This document shows, piece by piece, positions 1-8,635 of a stretch of DNA of 32,000 nucleotides (positions are counted from its first letter, which is position 1; every line of letters begins with the position of its first letter). The notes beneath the pieces were generated by a model, which did not search any database, had not been told where the DNA came from, and was given only the letters and a program-made list of their open reading frames with translations. The DNA lies in NCBI RefSeq assembly GCF_051097895.1, contig NZ_CP142525.1, positions 780,001-812,000 of the forward strand, read 5' to 3'. The translations under genes and the position numbers were made by a program. This DNA comes from Psychrobacter sp. HD31. GTDB taxonomy: Bacteria > Pseudomonadota > Gammaproteobacteria > Pseudomonadales > Moraxellaceae.

Positions 1-143
1 AAATGATTTTTTTTGCTATAGTACTTGGTCGATTTATAAATTTTAAGTGCTTGAAATATTACCCATGCTTTTAATTACTTGTGATTAAAAAACGACATAG
101 GCAGTAGTTCAAGACAATCCCCACCAAATAAGGAATCATATTC

Positions 144-1274
144 ATGAGTGATTTAAATGTAGGTTTTGTGGGCTGGCGTGGTATGGTTGGCTCGGTTTTA
201 ATGCAACGTATGCAAGATGAAGGCGACTTTAAGGGCATTAATGCAACCTTTTTTTCTACCAGTAATGCTGGTGGCGAAGCCCCAACCTTTGATACCTTGT
301 CTGCAAGTAAACTACAAGACGCACATGATATTGATGCCTTAGCAAAATGTGATGTTGTTATCACTTGCCAAGGTGGTGACTATACCAAAGCTGTGCATCC
401 AAAACTTCGTGAAAGCGGTTGGAATGGCTACTGGGTAGATGCAGCAAGCACACTGCGCATGGAAGATAACAGCACCATTATCCTAGACCCTGTTAACCGC
501 GATGTCATTGACCAAGCATTGGCTAATGGTCAAAAAGATTTTATCGGGGGCAACTGCACTGTATCATTAATGCTGATGGCAATTGGTGAGCTATTTAACC
601 GTGGTTGGGTTGAATGGGTATCAGCCATGACTTACCAAGCAGCCAGTGGTTCTGGTGCTAACAACATGCGTGAGCTAATTAATGGCATGGGTGTGTTGCG
701 TGATGCCGTAGCAGATGAACTAGCAAATCCAGCAAGTGCCATTCTTGAAATCGATAAAAAAATTGCAGATACTCAGCGTAGTGACGAGTTCCCAGCTCAA
801 TACTTTGGCGTACCACTAGCAGGATCATTGATTCCTTACATTGATAGCCAGTTAGAAAATAAACAATCACGTGAAGAGTGGAAAGGCGGCGTAGAAACCA
901 ACAAAATTTTAAACAATGTAGGCAATGACATCATCCCTATCGATGGGCTGTGTGTACGTGTTGGTGCTATGCGTTGCCACTCGCAAGGTTTAACAATTAA
1001 ACTTAAAAAAGATATCCCACTTGCAGAAATTGAACAAGCATTGCGTGACAGCGACAACCCATGGTTAGATTTAGTGGAAGATGACAAAGAAGAAACCATG
1101 AAACGCCTAACCCCAGTTGCAGTAACTGGGTCATTAACGGTTGCACTTGGTCGCCTACGCAAACTCAATATGGGGGGTGAATACTTAGGTGCATTTACCG
1201 TAGGTGATCAACTACTGTGGGGGGCTGCCGAGCCTCTACGCCGTATGCTAAGCATTTTGCGTGAGCCAAAGTAA
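144..1274 (+). CDS. asd: aspartate-semialdehyde dehydrogenase
   Basis: 376-aa ORF. N-terminal [18 protein letters not shown] nucleotide-binding motif and GGNCTVSLM active-site cysteine loop, as in E. coli-type Asd. AAGGA lies about 9 nt upstream of the ATG. Confidence 0.93.
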   Translation: MSDLNVGFVGWRGMVGSVLMQRMQDEGDFKGINATFFSTSNAGGEAPTFDTLSASKLQDAHDIDALAKCDVVITCQGGDYTKAVHPKLRESGWNGYWVDAASTLRMEDNSTIILDPVNRDVIDQALANGQKDFIGGNCTVSLMLMAIGELFNRGWVEWVSAMTYQAASGSGANNMRELINGMGVLRDAVADELANPASAILEIDKKIADTQRSDEFPAQYFGVPLAGSLIPYIDSQLENKQSREEWKGGVETNKILNNVGNDIIPIDGLCVRVGAMRCHSQGLTIKLKKDIPLAEIEQALRDSDNPWLDLVEDDKEETMKRLTPVAVTGSLTVALGRLRKLNMGGEYLGAFTVGDQLLWGAAEPLRRMLSILREPK

Positions 1275-1350
1275 CCTTTTTTGTTTACACTAGTTTTTTG
1301 ATTTATCTTTGTGCTTAAAATAGCATCTAACTTATAATCAACTAACTATT

Positions 1351-1384
1351 AAAAAAGCCAAAGCTTTTATGCTTTGGCTTTTTT
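1351..1384. terminator. bidirectional rho-independent terminator between convergent asd and dgkA
   Basis: GCCAAAGC (1357-1364) pairs with GCTTTGGC (1371-1378) across loop TTTTAT. An A6 run sits 5' and a T6 run 3', so either strand gives a hairpin followed by a U tract. Confidence 0.75.
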
Positions 1385-1500
1385 ATTAAGTGTTTATAAA
1401 ATTTTGGCTTTTGGTAATAAAAATTGGTAAAATTTATATACGCCTATTCTATATAAATTAAATTAGCTTTTCTAAACAAGTTAAACACGGTAGTACGATG

Positions 1501-1920
1501 TTAAATCGTACCAAAAATTGCAAGCATCCATAACATAAATAACAACAATAGTGCTAAAAACTGTGCGGCAGAGCCAACATCTTTGGCAATTTTTGCTAAA
1601 GGATGTTTTTCCATTGAGGTAAAATCAATTGCGGCTTCAAGCCCTGTATTAAATAGTTCAACCACCAAAGAAAATATAGAAGCAAACAACAAAAGCATTT
1701 TGATAACGATCGTAAATGGGCAAAAAATCAATGCAATCATTAATATTGTGTTAATAACAACCAATTGACGAAATGCCGACTCATTACGATATGCTGCTTT
1801 AAAGCCATCTATCGAAAATCGGCTCGCATTTATAATACGTTTGATACCGGTTTTGCCTTTCGTCTCCGCTGCATAATCTGTAAGCAATGATTGCTCTTTG
1901 TATGGTTGCTTCTCACTCAT
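1501..1920 (-). CDS. dgkA: diacylglycerol kinase (prokaryotic DgkA type)
   Basis: 139-aa membrane protein. Motifs ESAFRQ, VELFNTGLEAAID and DVGSAA parallel E. coli DgkA (AAFRQE, EILNSAIEAVVD, DMGSAA). Three hydrophobic helices. Confidence 0.85.
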   Translation of the reverse strand: MSEKQPYKEQSLLTDYAAETKGKTGIKRIINASRFSIDGFKAAYRNESAFRQLVVINTILMIALIFCPFTIVIKMLLLFASIFSLVVELFNTGLEAAIDFTSMEKHPLAKIAKDVGSAAQFLALLLLFMLWMLAIFGTI

Positions 1921-1956
1921 ATTAAATCACCTAAAAAATCTCTATCATATTTTTTA

Positions 1957-1986
1957 TTAAATCTTATATTTTCTTAAATCTTATAT
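1957..1986. repeat. 13-bp direct repeat TTAAATCTTATAT x2 (1957-1969 and 1974-1986) in the dgkA/asparaginase-like divergent intergenic region
   Basis: Read directly from the sequence. The two perfect copies start 17 bp apart. Confidence 0.6.
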
Positions 1987-2174
1987 ATAGTCATACATAC
2001 CACTTAAGACTTCCCTACCATCGATTATACATGATAAATATATTTTACATTTGGCAAAATACACCCATGATAGACAGCCAAAAACTAACTCTGTTATTTA
2101 TAAATTAACAAACTTTATCTCAATTTTTTTTGATATCCGCTATAATTGACTGACAAAAAAATCAACCTAATACA

Positions 2175-3197
2175 ATGACCACATCAAATCCAATACAACT
2201 TATCTATGCCGGTGGTACTTTTGGCAGCCATGGCAAACCACTTGCTCCGCTGGCTGCTGATATACTATTGCCAAATTTGCTGAGTCAGCTCAAACAAAAA
2301 TATTCTTATCATTTAAAGGTGCTAAAAAACACCTGCATTAAAGACAGCAGCCAACTCAACCCTAGCGATTTGGTACATTTTTATACCCTGATTTTAAACG
2401 AATATAAAAATGGCAGTCGCCAATTTGTACTGATAACTGGCACAGATACCCTTAGCTATTTAGGGGCATTTTTAGCAGAAGCATTTGCAGGTAGTGATGT
2501 TTGCATCCTCTTAACTGCCAGCATGAAGCCATTGTTTGATAGTGATATTTGTAAGCACTACCAAATTGATAAAAACAGTGATGCCTGGGGCAATATCACC
2601 CAAGCCATTCAATTCGCGAGTAAAGATGTTACAGGCATCTACACCTGTCTTTCTGATAAAGTTTGGCTTGCCCAAAGCGTACAAAAAATTGACAGCCATG
2701 CCCTACTTGCTTTTACGGGGACACCTGCCGCCAGTACTAACAACCTTTATTTATCGGATAATGAAAAATCAACATGGTTAACGACGCATGCTAGTTTTAC
2801 TAGTTCAGTCATCCAGCAAGCACACAATGTTAACGTCTCTGTTATCTATACCGTTCCAAATGATGCAAGCTTTTTGGCACAACAAATTGAACAAGCATTA
2901 GATGATAATAAGCCATCTGCATTAATTATTATGGGTTTTGGCGCTGGCAACATCCCCCACTCTATCATGCTTGAAAAAGTGTTAGATACCAAAGCAGATG
3001 CAGGTCATTTAATCGTCGCAACAACTCAATGTCCATTTGGTGGTGTGAGTGATGATTATGCCGCTGGTAGTTGGCAATATCAACATCAAGTGTTAAGCGG
3101 TGGTAAACTCACTGTACCTGCCATTTATGCACGTTTGCTATGGTTATTGCTAACAACGGATGTGACAAAAAGACATAAAAAATGGAAATCTCAATGA
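2175..3197 (+). CDS. asparaginase-family protein (type I AnsA-like, divergent motifs)
   Basis: 340 aa, the AnsA length. N-terminal IYAGGTFG resembles the GGTIG threonine motif. LITGTDTLSY resembles HGTDT. C-terminal IIMGFGAGNIP and ATTQCPFGGV parallel AnsA LRSYGVGNAP and NLTQCMSGKV. Confidence 0.6.
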   Translation: MTTSNPIQLIYAGGTFGSHGKPLAPLAADILLPNLLSQLKQKYSYHLKVLKNTCIKDSSQLNPSDLVHFYTLILNEYKNGSRQFVLITGTDTLSYLGAFLAEAFAGSDVCILLTASMKPLFDSDICKHYQIDKNSDAWGNITQAIQFASKDVTGIYTCLSDKVWLAQSVQKIDSHALLAFTGTPAASTNNLYLSDNEKSTWLTTHASFTSSVIQQAHNVNVSVIYTVPNDASFLAQQIEQALDDNKPSALIIMGFGAGNIPHSIMLEKVLDTKADAGHLIVATTQCPFGGVSDDYAAGSWQYQHQVLSGGKLTVPAIYARLLWLLLTTDVTKRHKKWKSQ

Positions 3198-4024
3198 ACC
3201 TTGATAACAATCAACCACTCATTCCACAAACCTTTGCCATCAGTATTGAATTTATTGGCACAAATTACCGTGGTTGGCAACGCCAGCAAGAGGTTTTAGG
3301 TGTACAACAAGTATTAGAAGAAGCAATTAGTAAAATTGCGAACGAGCCGATAGAAGTTGTTTGTGCAGGGCGTACCGACGCAGGTGTACACGCAAGCAAC
3401 ATGATTGCACATTTTGTGACCACTGCCAACCGACCTGTTTATAACTGGCTAAGAGGCATCAATACCTTATTACCTGATGATGTTGCTGTGCGTTGGCTTG
3501 TACCCATGCCTGCCGACTTTCACGCACGCTTTAAAGCAACGGCTCGTCGTTATCGTTACATCACAATAAATCAACCATTCCGACCTGCCATTTTAAACAA
3601 GCAAGTCACCCACGTTTTTCAGCCCTTAGATTTACAGTCCATGCAAATGGCAGCCACTGATATTGTGGGAACACATGACTTTACCAGTTTCCGTGCCGCT
3701 GCTTGTCAATCCAACCAGCCTGTGCGTCATATTCATCATGCAAAGCTATTTAAGCATGGGCAGTTTATTGTATTTGACATTCAAGCTGATGGTTTTTTAC
3801 ACCACATGGTACGCAACTTGATGGGGACACTGTTTGCAGTTGGTAAAGGCGAATTATCAACATCGGCAATAAAAGATTTATTGGCCCTAAAAGATCGTAC
3901 GCAAGCACCACCAACAGCAGATGCAGATGGATTATATTTTATCGATTGCTTGTATCCTGATGAGTACCAGTCACTATTACCTAAGGTGCCATTAACCCCT
4001 GTATGGTTGGGTTTACCTGAATAG
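3194..4024 (+). CDS. truA: tRNA pseudouridine(38-40) synthase TruA
   Basis: GTNYRGWQRQ and CAGRTDAGVHA (catalytic Asp) motifs. Start set at ATG 3194, which forms an ATGA overlap with the upstream stop (3195-3197). The track start at 3182 is also possible. Confidence 0.92.
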   Translation: MNLDNNQPLIPQTFAISIEFIGTNYRGWQRQQEVLGVQQVLEEAISKIANEPIEVVCAGRTDAGVHASNMIAHFVTTANRPVYNWLRGINTLLPDDVAVRWLVPMPADFHARFKATARRYRYITINQPFRPAILNKQVTHVFQPLDLQSMQMAATDIVGTHDFTSFRAAACQSNQPVRHIHHAKLFKHGQFIVFDIQADGFLHHMVRNLMGTLFAVGKGELSTSAIKDLLALKDRTQAPPTADADGLYFIDCLYPDEYQSLLPKVPLTPVWLGLPE

Positions 4025-4079
4025 TTTTATGTTTACCGCATCGCATCATTTTTATCATCATTATATGCAAACATTAATA

Positions 4080-4201
4080 TATGGATAAATAATAGATTGA
4101 TGCCAACAACCTCTTTAAGTAACACCCCTATTTTGATTACAGTAAACTGGAAACAAAACTGTCATCTTTTTATACTTGAATTTTAATATTATTTATCCAT
4201 A
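4080..4201. repeat. perfect 15-bp inverted repeat (TATGGATAAATAATA at 4080-4094, TATTATTTATCCATA at 4187-4201) enclosing 92 bp upstream of phoH
   Basis: Read directly from the sequence. The arms are exact reverse complements and the match does not extend beyond 15 bp. Confidence 0.7.
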
Positions 4202-4289
4202 ATAAAAGCAGAAACGATTAAAAATTTAGTTTTATTTCATATATACTTTTACACTTTGCTAATTTATCACAAATAACAAGGACAAAAAC

Positions 4290-5363
4290 TTGACAGCAAG
4301 CATCACTCGTACCGTATCATTAGAAAACCTAACCGCATCTCAGCTAAAAACTCTATTGGGCGAATACAACAACCATTTAAAATTTATTCAAGAGCGTTTG
4401 GATATCAACGTCAGTCAACGTAAAAACCACCTATATTTATCTGGCGATTTAAATGCCGTTGAACAAGGCGAGAGAGTTATTATCAAATTATCTCAAGAAG
4501 CACAAAGCAGCAAACATATTGCGCCAGAAGAGCTACATTTAATCATTCAATCTACCATGGCACGTGACCCAAAAATGCTAAATGAAAATACCAACCAACC
4601 AGCAAATAAAGATAATGACGATGCTAATTTAAATAATTATACGCCCATTAGCCTAAAAACTCGTAAAGGTAAAATTGTACCTCGTGGGCATAACCAACAA
4701 CGCTATGTTAAACGTATTTTAACCTCGGATGTATCCTTTGGTGTTGGTCCTGCTGGTACGGGCAAAACTTATCTTGCGGTTGCTTGTGCTGTTGATATGC
4801 TAGAACGAAACGAAATAGAGCGCATTTTGCTGGTTCGCCCAGCTGTAGAAGCTGGTGAAAAGTTGGGCTTTTTACCTGGCGATTTAACTCAAAAAATTGA
4901 TCCATATTTGCGTCCACTATATGACGCATTATATGAGATGCTTGGCTTTGAAAAAGTAGGTAAATTGATTGAACGCCAAATTATTGAAGTTGCTCCCCTT
5001 GCTTACATGCGTGGTCGTACCCTAAACAATTCTTTTGTTATTTTAGATGAAGCACAAAATACGACCCCAGAACAAATGAAGATGTTTTTAACTCGCTTGG
5101 GCTTTGGTTCACGAGCAGTTATCACCGGTGATATTACTCAGGTAGATTTACCAAGAGGTCATAAGTCTGGTCTAGCGCAAGCGTTGCATATCCTTTCTTC
5201 AATTAAAGAGATACACATCACTAAGTTTGATTCAAAAGACGTTGTACGCCACCAACTGGTGCAAAAAATTGTTGAGGCCTACGATGTGTTTGATGCAGAA
5301 ATTGAAAAAGAGCGTGAAGAACGTAAGGCAAGATATGCTGCTGAGAAAGCGATTGAAAACTAG
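4290..5363 (+). CDS. phoH: PhoH-family ATPase (YbeZ-like)
   Basis: Walker A GPAGTGKT and Walker [21 protein letters not shown] motif typical of PhoH. TTG start with AAGGA 7 nt upstream. Confidence 0.9.
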   Translation: MTASITRTVSLENLTASQLKTLLGEYNNHLKFIQERLDINVSQRKNHLYLSGDLNAVEQGERVIIKLSQEAQSSKHIAPEELHLIIQSTMARDPKMLNENTNQPANKDNDDANLNNYTPISLKTRKGKIVPRGHNQQRYVKRILTSDVSFGVGPAGTGKTYLAVACAVDMLERNEIERILLVRPAVEAGEKLGFLPGDLTQKIDPYLRPLYDALYEMLGFEKVGKLIERQIIEVAPLAYMRGRTLNNSFVILDEAQNTTPEQMKMFLTRLGFGSRAVITGDITQVDLPRGHKSGLAQALHILSSIKEIHITKFDSKDVVRHQLVQKIVEAYDVFDAEIEKEREERKARYAAEKAIEN

Positions 5364-5470
5364 CCTCTAGAGGCATTATAAACCATAAAATAAACTGTGT
5401 ATCTGCATTAACAGAGACCATGCGTTAAGGTATATACACTTTATTTTTTTGTCTTGTATTTTTTGTTTTG

Positions 5471-6472
5471 TTATATAGGTGGAATAGGAACATCAAATGA
5501 AACCTCCCCGACGCTCTTTACCGCCACACCATTTTTTTTAGGTGGTTTAATACTTCCTTTTTGTTTTATGCTATTTCTGATAAATAAGTCAATTTTTCTA
5601 ACACCAACTCCTGTCAAAGTTTCAACTTTTTTGATTTTTCCTTTTTTATTAACATAAAGCTTAACAACAACCTTCAAAACAGCCATGTTTTTAGAATCTA
5701 TCTTATGCTTATTTCTTGCTAATATTATTTGATTTTCTTCCCATACGATATTGAATTTAGGTTTATTAATCCAGTTTACCGTACTATCATCAAATTTCAT
5801 CACTTCTGGTTTTGTTATAGCGTCACTATTAATCTTCTTGTTATTTTCTGAATAACTATTTTGAACCTTGCCACTGCCACCTATGTTGGCACTTATGTTG
5901 GCACTATTTTTGCTAATCTTATCTGTTGTCTTTTCTGTGTTGTTTAAAGTAGTTGATACAGTCTCTTGGTTATTTGTGAGCCTGTCGCTAGTAGGCGGAG
6001 TAACCTTTTCTTCCAGATTATTATTTTTTTCTATTTTTTGTATGCTTTTTTTATCTTCAACACCATAATCCTGTTTTTTTACGCTAACAGGTTTAGTCGT
6101 ATTTGTATCAATATTCTCTTTTAATAATGATAGTTTATCTCTTAGAGGCTTTTTAATAATAGCCTGATTTGTCTCTAATTGTTTACTTTTATATGCATTA
6201 TTATTAGCGCTACTACTGAATGTCTGGTTTGTTAGTTCCTGTTCTTTTACAACCGCAATATCATTTGCATTTGTTTGCTCACTTAACACCATAGTGATTT
6301 CAATAGGTTTATTTTGATTAGTAGCTGGATTTTTTATTAATGTAACACTCAGGTTAATTAACCATCCAACAACTAAGGCATGCATTACCAAAACCACCAA
6401 TATCACAGCTATTTTTAATCTATAAGCTGTATTGCTAGTTTTATCTGGGCTTTGTGAGTTAATAGGATACAT
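5471..6472 (-). CDS. tonB: TonB-like energy transducer (divergent, proline-poor linker)
   Basis: N-terminal single TM with a conserved His (VVLVMHALVVGWL). It is followed by KPIEITMV, which parallels E. coli TonB QPISVTMV. The C-terminal ~90 aa have a TonB_C-like pattern (VVVKLYVNKKGKIKKVETL...IRNSIKQ...VSFDV). The central region is N/K/T/S-rich low complexity. Confidence 0.55.
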   Translation of the reverse strand: MYPINSQSPDKTSNTAYRLKIAVILVVLVMHALVVGWLINLSVTLIKNPATNQNKPIEITMVLSEQTNANDIAVVKEQELTNQTFSSSANNNAYKSKQLETNQAIIKKPLRDKLSLLKENIDTNTTKPVSVKKQDYGVEDKKSIQKIEKNNNLEEKVTPPTSDRLTNNQETVSTTLNNTEKTTDKISKNSANISANIGGSGKVQNSYSENNKKINSDAITKPEVMKFDDSTVNWINKPKFNIVWEENQIILARNKHKIDSKNMAVLKVVVKLYVNKKGKIKKVETLTGVGVRKIDLFIRNSIKQKGSIKPPKKNGVAVKSVGEVSFDVPIPPI

Positions 6473-6550
6473 AAACTTAACGACCAGTATGACTTAATAA
6501 TGTAAACACACTAACTTAGCGGATTGAGTGAGCCGTGTTATTAACATAAA

Positions 6551-6578
6551 ATTATACCATTAGTCTATTTAGTATGAA
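6551..6578 (-). promoter_or_regulatory. candidate sigma70 promoter for the tonB-like gene (extended -10)
   Basis: The minus strand reads TGGTATAAT, a perfect extended -10 (TATAAT at 6551-6556). TTCATA lies 16 bp upstream (6573-6578). The site is about 75 nt upstream of the ATG at 6472. Confidence 0.4.
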
Positions 6579-6612
6579 CGATAGTATCTGCAAAACAATT
6601 AAGACTAACAAT

Positions 6613-6644
6613 AAAAAAGCCCCCTACTGTGTTTAGTAGAGAGC
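6613..6644 (-). terminator. rho-independent terminator of rplU-rpmA
   Basis: On the minus strand, GCUCUCUACU pairs with AGUAGGGGGC (10 bp including two G-U pairs that would be C-A mismatches on the plus strand). A U6 tract follows. It starts about 25 nt after the rpmA stop. Confidence 0.8.
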
Positions 6645-6668
6645 TTTTAAAGAAACTAAAGCTACAAA

Positions 6669-6923
6669 TTAAGCTTCGATAGAAACATAACGACGGTTAA
6701 ATTTACCACGTGTTTCAAACTTAACAACACCATCAGTTAGTGCAAAAAGTGTGTGGTCACGACCCATGCCGATACCTTCACCAGCGTGGAACTCAGTACC
6801 ACGTTGACGAACAATAATGTTGCCAGCAACTACTTGCTCGCCACCAAATTTTTTAACACCAAGCATTTTTGGGTTAGAATCACGTCCGTTACGTGTAGAA
6901 CCTGCTGCTTTTTTATGTGCCAT
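6669..6923 (-). CDS. rpmA: 50S ribosomal protein L27
   Basis: 84 aa. [24 protein letters not shown] is near-identical to the canonical L27 N-terminus. Confidence 0.97.
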   Translation of the reverse strand: MAHKKAAGSTRNGRDSNPKMLGVKKFGGEQVVAGNIIVRQRGTEFHAGEGIGMGRDHTLFALTDGVVKFETRGKFNRRYVSIEA

Positions 6924-6973
6924 GATAATTCTCCTGTTAAGAAATAAAATCCAAATTAACTAAATCTTACTGA

Positions 6974-7285
6974 TTAAGCGTTAATGGCTTTGATTTTCAA
7001 CAAGGTATACCATTGACGATGACCTTGCTCTTTATGATAATGCTTACGACGCTTGTGCTTAATGATGCGTACTTTTTCGCCACGACCGTGCTCAACAACT
7101 TCTGCTTCAACACTTGCGCCTTCTACTACTGGTTGACCAATTTTAATGTTATCGCCATCAACAACCATTAAAACGTCATCAATTTTGATGGTTTCACCAG
7201 TTTCAGCTTTTAGTAGCTCAACTTTTAAAGTTTCATCAACGCTAACACGGTGTTGCTTACCACCACTTTTAATAACTGCGTACAT
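6974..7285 (-). CDS. rplU: 50S ribosomal protein L21
   Basis: 103 aa. [14 protein letters not shown] and [29 protein letters not shown] match canonical L21. Confidence 0.97.
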   Translation of the reverse strand: MYAVIKSGGKQHRVSVDETLKVELLKAETGETIKIDDVLMVVDGDNIKIGQPVVEGASVEAEVVEHGRGEKVRIIKHKRRKHYHKEQGHRQWYTLLKIKAINA

Positions 7286-7373
7286 CTTTCGATTACTCCG
7301 TACAACCTGTGTGCCGTGGCTGCCACTTTAGCAACACTTCAACAACGGTCACGACAAGGAATTTAAAGGCGTC

Positions 7374-7402
7374 ATTTTACTAAAAACTTAAAACTAAAGC
7401 AA
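7374..7402 (-). promoter_or_regulatory. candidate sigma70 promoter of rplU-rpmA
   Basis: The minus strand reads TTGCTT (7397-7402), a 17-nt spacer, then TAAAAT (7374-7379). This predicts a 5' UTR of about 80 nt. Confidence 0.5.
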
Positions 7403-7414
7403 GCACTTATAATT

Positions 7415-7448
7415 AAAAAAATAGCCAACTTATTTAGTTGGCTATTTT
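7415..7448 (-). terminator. rho-independent terminator of the type I secretion operon
   Basis: ATAGCCAACT (7421-7430) pairs with AGTTGGCTAT (7436-7445), a perfect 10-bp stem with a 5-nt loop. A U6 tract follows on the minus strand (A run 7415-7420 on plus). It begins 6 nt after the HlyD-like stop. Confidence 0.8.
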
Positions 7449-7453
7449 ATCAT

Positions 7454-8623
7454 TTATTTTTCACCCAAACCTTCTGCTAAGGTTTTTGTAATTGGCTTGG
7501 TCAAGTATGAAAGAACCGTCCGTTCTCTTGCTTTAATATCAACAGAAGCTGTCATCCCTGGTTTAATAACAATTTCATCACTCTTATCAGCAAATTCTGC
7601 GCCTAGAATACGAATTTGTACACGATAATAAGGCTGTTCACCTTTTGGTGTTTGTTCCATTAATGTATCCGGACTAATATAAACAACCTCACCCTTCATC
7701 GAACCAAAGATTGAATAATCATAAGCATCTAACTTAACAGTTGCTTCTTGTCTTTCCGTTACATTCGCAATATCAACTGGGCTAACCTTAGCTTCTACAA
7801 TTAAGTCACTACTGGTTGGTAAGATTTCCATAATCACTTCACCTGGCTTAACCACACCACCAATTGTTGTAATATGAATATTATTTACTTTACCATCAGT
7901 TGGCGCAAATAGTTTTTTCTCTTCTAACACTTGACTAACATCACGAAATTTTTCGCGCTCAGCTTGCAGTTCTTCTTCAGCAGAGGTTTTTTCTGCTTGA
8001 GCTTCTTCAAAATACTTATTTCTTTTATTAGTAATTTCTGCTTCAATATCCGCAACTTGACGTCTTAGCTTAATTACATCAACCTGACTAATATCCCCAT
8101 TTTCTAGCAGCGGCTCATTCATTTTTAATTCTTCTCGGGCTAACACAAGCATTTTTTCTAATGATGCCACATCCTGATTAATCGCCTCACGACGACGATT
8201 ATACAGCTGCTTTTGGTTAGTTACATATTCAGGATATTGTTGAACACTGGCAGGAAAAACCAATGGGCTATTAAAAATTTCGGCATTGAGTCGAGCCAGC
8301 CTTGCTTCTAATGCCGCAACTTTAGTAGCTGAGTTTGCAACAGACGCTTGCGCACGCTCTTCTTCTAAAATCACAAGCATTTGCTCGCTTTTTACATCAT
8401 CACCTTCTGCTACTAACAACTCTTTTAAAACACCGCCTTCTACCGCTTGAATTTGCTGTGTTCTGGCACTGGCAATTACATTTGCTTTCGCTCGCGTTAC
8501 CTGATCGATTTTAGCAAATGATGCCCAAATTAATAACACAACAATGCCAATCAGTGCTATCCAAATACTAACACGTGATTTACCAACTTTTGGCTTGGTA
8601 GGCGTATATTGATAATCTGTCAT
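7454..8623 (-). CDS. HlyD-family type I secretion periplasmic adaptor (MFP)
   Basis: 389 aa with an N-terminal TM (VSIWIALIGIVVLLIWASFA). A long coiled-coil region is followed by a beta-barrel/lipoyl-like C-terminal part ending TVLSYLTKP, typical of the HlyD family. GAGG SD lies 12 nt after the ABC gene stop. Confidence 0.85.
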   Translation of the reverse strand: MTDYQYTPTKPKVGKSRVSIWIALIGIVVLLIWASFAKIDQVTRAKANVIASARTQQIQAVEGGVLKELLVAEGDDVKSEQMLVILEEERAQASVANSATKVAALEARLARLNAEIFNSPLVFPASVQQYPEYVTNQKQLYNRRREAINQDVASLEKMLVLAREELKMNEPLLENGDISQVDVIKLRRQVADIEAEITNKRNKYFEEAQAEKTSAEEELQAEREKFRDVSQVLEEKKLFAPTDGKVNNIHITTIGGVVKPGEVIMEILPTSSDLIVEAKVSPVDIANVTERQEATVKLDAYDYSIFGSMKGEVVYISPDTLMEQTPKGEQPYYRVQIRILGAEFADKSDEIVIKPGMTASVDIKARERTVLSYLTKPITKTLAEGLGEK

Positions 8624-8635
8624 GGCTGACTACCT

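Noticed and set aside
71-1168. Antisense and out-of-frame track ORFs inside asd (71-364, 679-870, 836-1168). Similar shadow ORFs occur elsewhere, for example 2511-2781, 4708-4929, 10455-10727, 16334-17043, 23276-23602 and 24855-25665.
   Set aside because: They lie entirely within well-supported conserved genes on the other strand or frame. They have no SD and their composition is typical of shadow frames.
5363-5374. Perfect 12-bp palindrome GCCTCTAGAGGC at the phoH stop, considered as a terminator.
   Set aside because: There is no loop and no following T tract, so it cannot form a productive terminator hairpin. It is probably coincidental; it contains an XbaI site.
5454-6068. Plus-strand ORFs 5454-5657 and 5868-6068 opposite the tonB-like gene.
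   Set aside because: They are low-complexity F/L-rich translations of the complement of an N/K-rich gene. They have no SD and fall within the better-supported minus-strand ORF.
6540-6590. Possible Fur box at the tonB-like promoter.
   Set aside because: The best alignment to the GATAATGATAATCATTATC consensus matched only about 9 of 17 positions, which is indistinguishable from AT-rich background.
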